From Octopus vulgaris (taxonomy: Eukaryota): 64,000 bases of DNA. This document shows positions 1 to 12,445 of the stretch, piece after piece. The first letter of the stretch is position 1. Each line of letters begins with the position of its first letter. The position numbers and the translations under genes were made by a program. Below the pieces are notes generated by a model. The model made no database searches. It saw nothing but the letters and a program-made list of their open reading frames with translations, and had not been told where the DNA came from. The stretch is taken from positions 78,182,001 through 78,246,000 of the forward strand of contig OX597814.1 of the NCBI GenBank assembly GCA_951406725.2, written 5' to 3'.

Positions 1-330
1 ATCCAGTATAACCGACTTAATGCTAATAGTAATACTACACATAGAACTAGGACCAGGAAAGTTTTGTGGTTCAACCCAGCTTTCAATTTGACCGTAAAAG
101 CAAACATAGGTAGGGAATTCTTGAAATTAGCCTCTAGGCATTTTAAACAGGATCATAAATTTTGTAGAATATTTAATAGAAGAACCCTTAAGATCAGCTA
201 TTCTTGTTGCAGAAATTTCGCCTCTTACGTTAACCAGCACAACAGGAAATTGTGTTGAAAACTGCCGTTCAAAAGTTTTATTTTGACACATTCTACCAGT
301 ATACGAAGTTTAAAAGTGTTTAGTTAACTA
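1..330 (+). mobile_element. Penelope-like element coding fragment (region between RT and GIY-YIG endonuclease), truncated
   Basis: ORF 64-258 reads WFNPAFNLTVKANIGREFLKLASRHF...IFNRRTLKISYSC, matching the WFNPP..N.KTNIG..FL.L..HF...IFNR.T.K.SYSC motif of invertebrate Penelope-like elements; it stops at 258. Confidence 0.75.
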
Positions 331-360
331 GAAATTGTGTTGAAAACTGCAGTTCAAAAG

Positions 361-918
361 GAAAAGATCCCCCCCTCGTTATCGAGTATGGCCATTGCAC
401 GAAGCTTAATCAATGCTGCTATCGTGCAATGCCTGTGCAAGAAGATTTTTTTGTAAAGTGAGGAAAGGCTGTACACTGAGTCAATCGCACTCACTAAACA
501 ACACCAGCCATAATCCGAAAAGAAGAACAAGTCAACATCATCGGTAACCACTGAGCTGCAGGTTTTATGTCGGAGTTATCCCAGTTACCTGTTTTGCCTT
601 CTCCTAGAAGGATGCCCTAGCAAAGGCTAGGAGTCCTTCACTCCCAATGGTTTAACCGCACGATCGGGTATTCAGTCCGATTATTTCTATGTCCCCGCGC
701 TTGATACAGCCTTAAGACATTTATTGGATGGCCGTTGACTCTCAAGAGTTCCTCCGCCCTTTGACGGGTTTTGTTTTTCATTCCGCAGGGTGTCCAATAA
801 ACACCCTCCCCACCAAGCAAACTTGGTGGGGTTACCGGTTTAGTCGCCGACGACCCGACCATGCAACAGGTTGTTCTGGGTTACATGTTACCAGTAGCAC
901 TCGAAAGTGACCTGACAT
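361..918 (-). mobile_element. 5' UTR fragment of a LINE, probably RTE clade
   Basis: GC-richer block that starts next to the (TA)n tract. The minus strand contains ctaggagaaggcaaaac, which resembles RTE 5' UTRs, plus several stem-loops. No coding motif seen. Confidence 0.45.
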
Positions 919-1050
<132 letters not shown>

Positions 1051-1333
1051 CTGCATACATGTATATATATGTGAGTATGTATGTATGTATGCATCTATGT
1101 ATGTATGTGTGCATGTGTGTGTGTTTATACTGAGGCTTGGCTCACAATCCTTGGTGAACACACACATACACACACACACACACACTCACCCACTCAGTCA
1201 CTCACACCGCAAAACAATAGATTTTAATAAGAAACACAAGATTCATCGTCACTATAACAATGCAATAATCTAAATCCACACTTATAAATTCTGTTATCAA
1301 AAAAGGGAATTGTGAGATATTCTCATATTCTTT

Positions 1334-1724
1334 TCTACTCTAGGAACAAGGCCAGAAATTGATGGCGGGGGGCAGTCGATTAGATCGACTCAGTACGCAA
1401 CTGATACTTAATTTATCGATTCTGAAATGATGAAAGTCAAAGTCGACCTCGGCGGAATTTGAACTTAGAACGTGAAGACAGACGAAATACCTATTTCTTT
1501 ACTGCCCACAAGGGGCTACACACCGAGGGGACAAACAAGGACAGACAAACGGATTAAGTCGATTATATCGACCCCAGTGCGTAACTGGTACTTATTTAAT
1601 CGACCCCGAAAGGATTAAAGGTAAAGTCGACCTCGGCGGAATTTGAACTCAGAACGTAGCGGCAGACGAAATACCGCTAAGCATTTTGCCCGGCGTGCTA
1701 ACGTTTCTGCCAGCTCGCCGCCTT
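1334..1724 (-). mobile_element. tRNA-derived SINE with Meta-type central domain, internally duplicated (dimer-like)
   Basis: Minus-strand head AAGGCGGCGAGCTGGCAGAAACGTTAGC...GTTCAAATTCC and central GTCGACTTT.CCTTT.ATCCTTTCGGGGTCGAT..ATAAGTACCAG, present twice. A near-identical composite lies at 57738-58126. Confidence 0.85.
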
Positions 1725-2162
1725 GGAATATTCTCATATTCTCTTATGAATTGTATCAAATGTTGTGTATACCACGGGGTAAGTTCTCGATGAGTTAGTT
1801 GTAAACGAATATCTGGTTTCAGTTATCAGTTTATATCTCAAAAAGTTATATCTTTTAGTGACGTAGCTAGAATGTGTACCACCTGAACAGCCTTGTGTTT
1901 ACATCACATCCCCGCGCCCCACAAATCTATAAATGCTTATACAGGAGACTCATAAATGCGTGCCCGTGGCTGGAACACCCTCTCTCCCCTCTGACATCAC
2001 TTAACTTCTTTATTTTTATTTTTACTTGTTTCAGTTAGTAGACTGCTGGGTACCACCTTGAAGAATCTTCTGTCGAATGAATCGTTCCCATTTGCCGAAC
2101 TACTACAATACGAGAACGCAAACACACTGACATCAGTGATGGTGGTGGTGGTGATAGGACAG

Positions 2163-2228
<66 letters not shown>

Positions 2229-2229
<1 letters not shown>

Positions 2230-3539
2230 GTGTAAGAAATAAAATATATGCATACATACATACATATATGTACGTACCTACATCTACATGTATATATACA
2301 TGCATATATAAATATATATACGTGAGTACAGGACACCACAAATAGACGTAGAACTCAACGAGAAACGAAAGCGTAAAAACAAACGTGGAAACGGACCTAA
2401 ACGAAAAAAAAAACAGAGTACAAGACAAACTACACATGGAAAATCCCCTATCATCAGCTGTCCCTAGTTCAACTCCAGCGTGTTTCGAAGGTGAGGGCAG
2501 AACACGACTCGTGGAACTAATCCTTCCTGCGAATGAATTAAATAAAATTACTTCGCAGAGGGGTAAAAACAAGGAAAGTTAAACATGTGACAAAACCAGG
2601 ACGTAAAAACGATACAAATAAAATTACAAAATAAAATACAAAATAAAAATACAAAAAATAAAAATACAGAATAAAATTACAAGTACGAAAAATACAGTAC
2701 AAGAAATAAAACAAACAAAAAACAGACAATGAGGGCCTTAATACTGGCCTAGACGAGGAAAGATTCTAAGAGCGCTAGAAGAACAGTGTTCACTGTTAGA
2801 CTGCCAGCGGCGAAAGGAAGCAACTCGCCCGGCTGTGAAAGAGATGAGAAGGAGTGAGAGAGAGAGAGAGAGAGGAAGACAAGCGGCTGTTAGAGAGAGA
2901 TGAGGAGGAGTGAGAGAGAGAGGGAGGTAGGGAAGGAAGGGAAGGTCAAGCAAAGAGTTGTAGAGTTTCGCGTCACAATTATAAAAAACAAAACTTGCTT
3001 GGAAGAGATGAAACGAAACGACACGAATCAAATCGACGCGAGGGCGCTCAGTCATACAATAGTGTAAGAAATAAAATATATGCATACATACATACATATA
3101 AGTACGTACCTACATCTACATGTATATATACATGCATATATAAATATATATACGTGAGTACAGGACACCACAAATAGACGTAGAACTCAAGGAGAAATGA
3201 AAACGTAAAAACAAACGTGGAAACGGACCTAAACGAAAAAAAACAGAGTACAAGACAAACTACACAAGGAAAAATCCCCTATCATCAGCTGTCCCTAGTT
3301 CAACTCCAGCGTGTTTCGAAGGTGAGGACAGAACACGACTCGTGGAACTAATCCTTCCTGCGAAGGAATTAAATAAAATTACTTCGCAGAGGGGTAAAAA
3401 CAAGGAAAGTTAAACATGTGACAAAACCAGGACGTAAAAACGATACAAATAAAATTACAAAATAAAATACAAAGTAAAAATACAAAAAATAAAAATACAG
3501 AATAAAATTACAAATACGAAAAATACAGTACAAGAAATA
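2229..3539 (-). mobile_element. Non-coding element with two ~480 bp direct repeats (2229-2708, 3061-3539) around a GA-rich spacer; probable Penelope pseudo-LTR derivative
   Basis: Two nearly identical copies visible by eye, TA-microsatellite flanks and no real ORF. The repeats contain CGAAAC and CTGATGA motifs on the minus strand. A related single unit lies at 32290-33170. Confidence 0.7.
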
Positions 3540-3559
3540 TATATACACAAATGCATGAA

Positions 3560-3706
3560 GCTTCTTACAGATTTCAGAATTCTCTCACAATGCTTTGGCC
3601 GGTCCGAGGCTATAGTAGAAGATACTTGCCTAAGGTGCCACGCAATGATACTGAACCTGAAATCATATAGTTGGGAAGCAAGATTCTTATAACACAACCT
3701 GCGCCT
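3560..3706 (-). mobile_element. tRNA-derived SINE with CORE-like domain (fragment)
   Basis: Minus strand gcgtggcaccttaggcaagtatcttctactatagcctcggaccggccaaagc; same family as 13686, 15824, 41245 and 52860. Confidence 0.8.
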
Positions 3707-4654
3707 ATTTAGAATTTTTTTGCTTTTTATGATTAAACATGCTTTATTACAAATCACTACAATTGTTTGGGCACATCATTGTGGTAACTATTATGGTAAT
3801 TGCTGGAAGTTACATATATCATACACATTATTGTATTAATATGCCTTTCATCCTTTCGAGGTCGATAAATTAAGTAACAGTGTAACACTGGGATCGATGT
3901 AACCTACAATCCCCCTCCCCACAATCTAGGCCTTGTGCCTGCAATAGAAAGGATTATTGTGTTAATATGGTCCAAGAGTAGCTATATACTAGCACGTCTT
4001 CAGGTGAATAAGGCCCAAAGAGAGCTGGAATTGGAGTCTTACACTGGTTTCAAGATTAACCTGGGCTTAACTGATTGATTTTGCTTATTTATCGATTGAG
4101 AAATATGGAATGCTATGACATCTCGGCAAGATATGACCTTTCGTAAAATAACGAAAAGTGCAATTAAATACCTATTAGTGTACTAAGTAAAGTGGATGGG
4201 AGGTAGGTGAGGGATGTCTGCCCCGAGAGGCGCTTTTATGGGGAAGACACTTTTAAGTCAACTCTATGAGCCAGTATAGGCTTATACATGAAACTAAAGG
4301 ACTAATGTCACTATGCCACTGAGTGTACTAAGTTCAAATACAGCTGGTGTTGTCTTTGTATTTTATGACTCTAGGAAGGCGGTGAATTGGCAGAGTTGCC
4401 TAAGGGTCGGATACAATGCCTTGCAGTATTTGTTATGGTTTTTGCATTTTGAGTTCAAATCCCGTGGTGGTCAATGTTGAATTGATTCTTTCGGAGTCGA
4501 TATATATAATCGATCAGTCAAGTACTGGAATAATTTTTTCCTCGCACTCTCGGAATCGTTTACAAAAAGTACGATCAAAATGTGCCCCCACTAATGATCT
4601 TTTAGGTCGATAATAAAAATTCTGTAAACCTAGTTCAGGCGGCATTTAATTAAG

Positions 4655-5341
4655 ATAGCCATCTATGAATCATATTTAATGTATATACACTGTTGTAGCC
4701 AGTTACTGCAGCATTTGTCCAGAGATAACACCTCTTATGGACTTGTGTTAATAGCACCATAAATATTAGAGAGAGATGAAAATGCGTCCCAGCAGCGGCC
4801 AGTGACTCACTGCAAATATGGATCGCTGAAAAGCCTCAAAGAAGGCCAAAATGCATGTGGCTCTTTCGCTTGTCACTACGGGAACGAATTTTCGTTTCCC
4901 CCTAATATTTATCGGGTTTTTAATACAGCAGATCCATAAAATACGTTACGTCATTTCTAACATTGTATAACTGGCTAGAAAACAGAGTGTATACATTAAG
5001 TATGATCCGTAGAAGTCTATTTTGATTAAATATTGCCTTAATTGCGTCTATTGGATTTCTAATCTGCTATATGTTATAACAGTGAGTGTTTTATTCACTT
5101 TTTCTTATATAAACAAATAAACGAGTTCTCGTCGGAGCATAAGAATGGTTTCGAGTACATGCCATTGAAACGGTCCAAAAAGACCAAAATGCACGTGATG
5201 ATCTCGTGACCATTGCTGGAACGAATATTTATTGCATTTTTAACACAGCAAGTTCATTAACAATGTAATTCTAGGACAAGAATTACAGTAAGAGGCTTAT
5301 CGACAATGTGTATACATTGAATATGATATACAGATGGCTAT
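4655..5341. mobile_element. Old foldback element (inverted arms 4655-4815 / 4880-5020) plus a direct copy of the right arm (5165-5341); degenerate hammerhead-like centre
   Basis: atagccatctatgaatcatatttaatgtatatacact is mirrored by agtgtatacattaagtatgatccgtagaagtctat and by gtgtatacattgaatatgatatacagatggctat. The centre reads ctgaaaagcc...ggccaaaatgcatgt. Confidence 0.55.
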
Positions 5342-5724
5342 ACATAAGTTTTTCATGCTTTTATGACAATTTTTATGAAGCAGAGGAGATCGTCATTGTC
5401 AGCATATCTTTATATTATAAGTCTGCTAAGTCATAGATAACATTCACTTAAGAAACAACGGCAACAATAACATCATCAATATTCCTTATAGAATATATTG
5501 AAAGATACAAGCCAGTTCCTGGTGGTTTTATTCCGGTTTCAGCACTGGAGCAGACGTTTACTATCTTAGGCAGTGCTTCCTTCAGAGCTCAATATTTTCA
5601 TGTAAAATAAGGATGTTGAAGTGGAAAAAGACTATGCAGCACCGAGCTAAATACGTGAAGACGAACAAAATGCCGTTAAGCATCTTACCCAGCGTGCTAA
5701 TGATTCTGCCAGTTCACCGCCTTA

Positions 5725-5726
5725 AA

Positions 5727-5789
<63 letters not shown>

Positions 5790-5814
5790 CGGCAGTAGCA
5801 GCAGCAGCAGCAGC

Positions 5815-5878
<64 letters not shown>

Positions 5879-5903
5879 ATAATAATACTAATAATAATAA
5901 TAA
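5725..5903. repeat. Compound (TAG)n/(CAG)n/(TAA)n microsatellite
   Basis: Trinucleotide runs seen directly; the tract ends in TAA repeats at the retrotransposon's left junction. Confidence 0.97.
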
Positions 5904-8900
5904 CAGGAGGTCCGCGCTGAATAACAACATTGATGTGCTACACCGGGATCTCCATTCAAAAACAAATCTAATCTGATTTGAAGGAAATGGTCTTTTAACG
6001 AAAATAATCACAAAAATGAAATTTTACTGCCATACAAAGCACAGTTTCTCCTATTCACGACGTCTCAGTGAAACATGTGCGAAACACACACGAAATCAAA
6101 ACCGGAAAGTTCACAAATTATAAAATATAAATGGAACAAAACAGTAAGAACATAAATTGAGTAATTACACATACACTCAAATATCAACACAATCATATAT
6201 ACATTTTTATATCCGTAGGACTACACATACATCCCAATGTTTACACAACTACGTGAAATTTACAGGACACACATAATAGCATATGAAAACACGTGCCACA
6301 ATCGAGGCAAAACAAAAACAAAAAAACAAAAAAAACTAGTTTCTATTTTTTGAACTAAAACAGAGTGAACAATTCATAAGTTTAAAAACACCACAAAAAA
6401 CTATGCCCGGAGATAAATCTATCAGCAAAAAAAAAAAATACAGACGAATACAGATTTGTTAGCCTCAAGAAGCTACGTTACGAGCAATGTTTACATGCAG
6501 AGAACTCGGAGGCGGTGTTGTCTCAAAAAATTAACTCTATACAGACAGATCCGTCCCCTAATGTCAACGTCCAAGCTCGTCATGCCTCAAGGATAACAAT
6601 GCAAAATACAAACCGAAGTGGTCGTCACCTGAGACACCAAGGACCACGTACTCAAATGATGAACCAGATTCTGTACGAAAAATCAGCTACAGGTTCAAAT
6701 CTTCCCGAAACACAGGAGCTGGAAGTACCCCACAATCGGAATATTCCGTCATCAAATAACCAAAAAGAAAAAAATGAAAATGGTCTCGGGAACATAATAA
6801 AGAAGTTCTTACGGCCTTCTATCATGCCATATATTTCCCCACAAATAATAAGTCTAATACTGTACAAACCTGCTTAAACTGGAGACAGAAATACCTTGAA
6901 GTAAGGCCCCACATAGACAGTAACAAACTTGCCAACGTCAGAAGAAACATTATGAAAAAGAAATTACTAACTGAATTAGAGATTGACCAAATTAAACAAT
7001 CAGTCAGGGATAAAGGGAACGAAGTTGCAGCTAAAGAAGATATTACAGAGGAAATAATTATAGACCAGCCTAGGGCTGATGAAAATGCAATATTGATTGA
7101 AAGAGTTAATGTACTCGTAATTGATAAGCAAAGTGAACCAACCATAAACACTAAGGCAGATGAAAATCAAATAGATGAAGAAAGTCCCACAGAAATTGAC
7201 TCAACAGAACTACATAATCTAAAAAATCAAATCATGACTGAATGGCTGAAGATTAAAAAAACAGTATGAATGAACACGACTCTCCCAAAAATTCGCAATT
7301 CTAACCAAAATCTGAAAATAATTGGTAAAATCCGCCTTGCTCTTCAGGATATAATTTCAGCTAATGATGTTGATATTACAGATCTCAACCACCTGTACTA
7401 TGCATCCGCGAAAATCTCAAAGATTCTATATGTTGAAAAGATTAGAAAACGATAGTATTCCCACAAAAAGCCTACTTGGCAAGACTGTATTCAACACCAA
7501 ATTCAGCTACTTAGGTCTGACATAGAAAGTTTAAAAAACCTTCAGTTTGACAAGACTATCAAACTAACAAAGACCCGAAAATTAAAAAAGAATATATGAA
7601 AACCATATTTGTGATCGGTACCACCATAGAAACCATCAAGCAAAAGGTGCGTGCTAAAGCTGCCCGCATAGCAAGGTATGAAAAGCGCGTTAGATTCTTC
7701 AAGGACAACATGTTCTGAAATAACCCAAAAGTTTTTACAGGAAGATAGAAAAAATACCAGTTACAGTAAAGTCTGTCCCATCAAAAGAAGAAGTGCAGAA
7801 ATTTTAGAACAAAATTTGGGAAGAAGAGAACACATACAATGAAAAGGCCCCTTGGATTGATGGAATATCTACAGACTTAGACTCTTTAGAAGAGCAAAAG
7901 TGGGAGGGTATCAAGGTAGAAGATGTAAGATCTCTCAGGAAGTCAAGCAAATGGAAGTCTCCAGGAAAGGATAAAATTCCTAACTTCTGGTTGAATGCCT
8001 TCCCAGAGAGCCAAGAACTGCTAACAAAAATTTACAACAATGTTTTGCACCAACCTAGTATGATTCCCTCTTGGCTAGTTAATGGTGTAACATTCCTACT
8101 TTCAAAAGATGAAGAAACAAATGAACCAAAAATTATAGACCCATAACCTGCTTAACAACAATGTATAAAATGCTAACGTTTGTCTTGACTGAATATACCT
8201 ATAGTTTAATTTTTAATAAAAAGTGGCATATTCCCTAATGAGCAAAAAGGATGTAAACGTGGGTCTTATGGTTGTAAAGATCAGCTACTCATCAATAAGA
8301 TGATCTTGGAAGGTTATCACAAACGATACAAAAACTTGTCGATAGCCTGGATAGACTATAAAAATGCTTTTGATTGTCTAGCACATAGCCCTCTCGAACT
8401 TGCTCAGTGATATACAATACGATTATAAAATGTTTGACAAAAATATAAATCATCTCATTTACATGGATGATTTAAAGCTCTTTGCAAAAAATGACAAACA
8501 ACTACAGGGCTTACTAGTGATTGTTAAACAATTCAGTGATGCAATTTGGCCTCGAAAAATGCCCAAAAGCTACCTTTGCCAAAGGAAAAATGACAGAAAC
8601 ATCCAATGTCAATCTTGACCAGCAGAATGTCATAAAGGAATTAGAACCAGCGGAGAGCTACAAATACCTAGGGGCATTTGAAGGGGACGGAGTCAAACAT
8701 TCACTGATGAGGGAAAGAATCAGAAGAGAATGTTATCGCAGGGTAAGGGCAATGCTCAAGGCAGAGCTGAATGCAAGAAACAGGATCGAAGCGAGCAATA
8801 CTTTAGCCATACAAGTCGTGACTTACAGTCCAATATCATTAACTGGTCATGAAATGTGTAATCTTGACAGAATAATACGAACACTTTTGACAAAGCATAG

Positions 8901-10162
8901 AATGCACCACTCTAAGGCAGATATAGAACGACTTTATCTGCCAAGAAAAGTGGGAGGCCGTGGACTTTTACAACTGGAATTAACAATGAAGATTGCCACA
9001 ATTGGCCTAGACACCTACCTGAAAAACTCTGATGACTGGATGTTAAAACTTGTCTCAAAGCATGAAAGCAAAAAAACATCATACTCAGTAGCAAAACAGG
9101 CAAAGGAATATCTAAGTGAATTCCAAATACGACAAACTCCAGAATTAGACGTACTAGAAAAAAGCACTGAAAAAGCTAACCGTATGAACACTCGTGCTGA
9201 AACTGCTCCCTTAAATATTCTTACTGATAAATGGCAAGAAAAACCTCTCAATGGCAAATACTCAAAGAGAGTTAATAGTGCTGATGTTGACGAATCCCTT
9301 ACCCATCAAGGGTTTCTGGCTTAAAATCAGAAACAGAAGGGTTTATCGTAGCAGCCTAAGATCAATGCCTACCTACAAGAAACTACCAGGCCAACATATT
9401 AAAGAACGGCAGCTGCCCAGCATGTCGTGTATGTCATCAACAAAAGTAAACCATTGATCATGTTGTCTCCATGTGCAGTCTTCTTGTGCCTACAGAGTAT
9501 CTCAACTGGCATGACAGAGTAGCACAATATATTCACTGGGTAATTTGCAAAAACCTGGATCTTCCCCATAGTAAAAACTGGTAGGAACACAAACCACCGC
9601 CAGTGTTTGAAAATGATCACATCTCAATCCTCTGGAACTTCACCAGTCAAACTGACAGAAAGATAGATGTGAATAGGCCAGACATTATATTGAAAGACTT
9701 CAGACAAAAATCATGCCTCCTCATTGATATGACTGTCCCAGTTGATATAAATGCATCTGTCAAGACCTACCAAAAACTGAGCAAGTGTAAAGATCTTGAA
9801 ATAGAAATTGGCAAAATGTAGAACCTCAAGACTAAAACAATACCTGTTGTCGTAGGTGCCCTGGGAATGATAGCAAAAGGGGCTGATCGTTACCTAGCTC
9901 AGATACCAGGAAACCCCAAAATGGTAGAAATTCAAAAGATAGTGCTCGTGGGACCTACCTACAGCCTCCGTAAAATACTGTCTATGTAATCTCAAATTTT
10001 AAAACAAACTCATAATTTTCTTATGTTCTCTAGAACTATGTGCAAAACCAAATATATGACACCCTAGGCATAACACCAACACGAACTTCTAACTTGTTGT
10101 CTCTTGAGGTCTCTGGGTGAGACTCGGAGCAAACTTGTACAAATACAAAGCAAAAGTCAAAC

Positions 10163-10165
<3 letters not shown>
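5904..10165 (+). mobile_element. R4/Dong-clade non-LTR retrotransposon (RT + CCHC + restriction-like endonuclease), near full-length but inactivated
   Basis: Broken single ORF from about 6500 to 9989. It has N-terminal NKLANVRRNI, RT motifs [60 protein letters not shown] and YKYLG, then RLYLPRKVGGRGL, zinc knuckle CRVC...HVVSMC, endonuclease RPDII...LIDMTVP...K and PVVVGALG. Many stops and frameshifts. The 3' UTR runs into (TAA)n. The 5' boundary is inferred from the microsatellite. Confidence 0.93.
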
Positions 10166-10234
<69 letters not shown>

Positions 10235-10241
10235 CAACAAC

Positions 10242-10309
<68 letters not shown>
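10166..10309. repeat. (TAA)n microsatellite, target/tail of the Dong-like element
   Basis: Long TAA run with a few CAA units. Confidence 0.98.
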
Positions 10310-10312
<3 letters not shown>

Positions 10313-10325
10313 GGTTGAAGTTTAC

Positions 10326-10504
10326 CGAGCACGGTTCGAATTCGCTTGTAATCCAACGGAATATCCAAAATATGTGTTTTTAGTGCCACTAAAGATAATC
10401 GGTGATTTGGTGTCTAAATTGAATGTGATAGCAGGATGCGGTAGATGTAACAGCAGGAATATGAAATGGCTAACAACTAATCTGAAAGCCATGCCACTTT
10501 CCAT
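10326..10504 (-). CDS. First coding exon of an integrin alpha subunit (signal peptide plus start of the FG-GAP beta-propeller); exon 10326-10512
   Basis: MESGMAFRLVVSHFIFLLLHLPHPAIT-FNLDTKSPIIFSGTKNTYFGYSVGL: a hydrophobic leader, the canonical mature N-terminus FNLD, and YFGYSV. Upstream acceptor ttcttctttttattgttgtAG|G (AG at 10514-10513); donor CG|GTAAAC at 10326/10325 (phase 2). Confidence 0.9.
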
Positions 10505-11265
10505 GTTAAACCCTACAACAATAAAAAGAAGAACAATAATTAATAAAAAATGAGTTTCATAAAATAAAGAATTTATATTTATGTGAGCGGGCGAGAAGAA
10601 GACATTAATTATTTATTTATTTGATTATTTAATTCATATTTTTGTTCACAAGATAAATAGCAAAGGCAAAATGGATAAAATACATGTTTTGCTATATTTA
10701 ATTTTGGTTCGTTGCATTTTGGAGGCTAACTTTACCTTTCAGCTTTTTGTGGTCTGAAAAATAGTACAAGTCATGTACTGAGGTTAATTAAATCGTCAAA
10801 TGATTTTCCCAAAAATTATGGTCTTGTGCCAATTTTAATTAATTCAACTAACGTATGTTAACATATTTTAACATATTTTTACTGACCTAAATTTTCATTA
10901 TGCCTAAATACTGCTTGGAACTAATATTTCGTTATTTTCCACGATCAAACGAATTACCAGTGCAATTTGCTCTGGTAATTGTTGTTGACTGTATTTTACA
11001 TAAAGCTCTAACTTTATAATATTTGTTCAGAGATGTCTCTCTTAGGTACTCCTCTTCCATAAAAGCCATCTAGCTTGAAACATCGATGTCTGAGAATCCT
11101 GATAGATGGCGATTCTGAACATAAAGGGTGTTTTCATACCCCTTTACCGTAAAAGAGAAATATTTTCTCTACAGTAACTGCAGTGAATTTGCCTTTTAGC
11201 AGTTCAAATATGTCATAAACCTGTCTTAACTAACCCAAATTTTGCGCATATATATATATATACAT

Positions 11266-11357
<92 letters not shown>

Positions 11358-11779
11358 TGTGTACGACAGGATTCTTTCAATTTCTATCTACCAAATCCAC
11401 TCACAAGGCTTTGGTCAGCCCGGGGCTATAGTGAAGACACATGCTCAAGATGCTCTGGTTGGAAAGTAAAGAACTATGCCGGTGACAATATGCAAAGCAA
11501 ATGTTAATTACGATCACAGTAAAGTCATTTCAGCTACGTTAGAACTTTCAGTAACTTTTACAGTCAATTTTTATTTATTTATAATAGTACGCAGGCGCAG
11601 GAGTGGCTGTGTGATAAAAAGCTTGCTTCCGGTATATCGTTTTGTTTAGTTCGACTGCTATCTTTGTGAATAACACACATGTTTTATTGGTTGTCTTGGC
11701 GATTTAATGGAGGGGCGTCGTGTGATAAGTTGGGAAGATTTGAATTCTTCTTCTTCAGACTTTGTGTAATCTGAGGAAG

Positions 11780-12445
11780 AAATGGAGCATGTATAGATAT
11801 GCAAGTATATGCATGGGAAGACATATATAAAACAAAACATACAAAACTGTACATATACATACATGCATGCATACATACATACATATATACATACATACAT
11901 ACATACATACATGCATGCATACATACATACATGCATACATACATACATACATACATACATACATACATACATACATACATACATACATACATACATACAT
12001 ACATACATACATGCATACATACTATGTTATTGATGTTGAAATTCCAATGAATGTGCTTTGGATCTAGGTTAGAGACTGGCTCTCTCTATAGACAAATAAT
12101 CTTGAAATAAAACTGAATGACGACATGCATGCATGCATACCAACAAATTTGCACAAAAGCCTAGAAATACCTGGTTTCACGGAGAAAGAGCAAAAGAATC
12201 TATGGATTCTCCAAATCCAATCTATTAGCTGTAAACTGAAGATTTGTAAGACATTCCAAAATATCCCCATCTGATATTCTTATGTGAATAAATGTACATA
12301 CTTGGGTGTGTGTATCAACATCTCAACCAATACCCCACCTCAACTACATATTTACTAACATCGGGAACTTCTTTAACTCAGGAAGTCTTGTGACCGGCTT
12401 GAACTCTCTCAAAAAGAACTTTAATAAAACTCAAAGAAAAATCGT
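11780..12445 (+). mobile_element. One or two 3'-end fragments of restriction-like-endonuclease (R4-related) retrotransposons embedded in (TACA)n
   Basis: 12137-12274 translates IPTNLHKSLEIPGFTEKEQKNLWILQIQSISCKLKICKTFQNIPI*, resembling the C-terminus of these elements. A 3' UTR follows and runs straight into (TACA)n. Confidence 0.55.

Noticed and set aside
247-360. 30-bp direct repeat gaaattgtgttgaaaactgcNgttcaaaag
   Set aside because: Only two copies at a transposon junction; a local duplication, not an array or CRISPR.
361-918. HDV-like ribozyme expected at RTE or R4 5' ends (also checked about 5905-5955 and 39000-39115)
   Set aside because: Only simple hairpins were found (e.g. ggaggtcc/ggatctcc at 5906-5952); I could not build the nested double pseudoknot by eye.
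6515-9821. ORFs of 105-267 aa as possible host genes
   Set aside because: They are all pieces of one disrupted retrotransposon ORF.
10036-10553. Poly-N, poly-I and poly-Y ORFs
   Set aside because: They come from the (TAA)n tract; the real coding signal is the minus-strand integrin exon.
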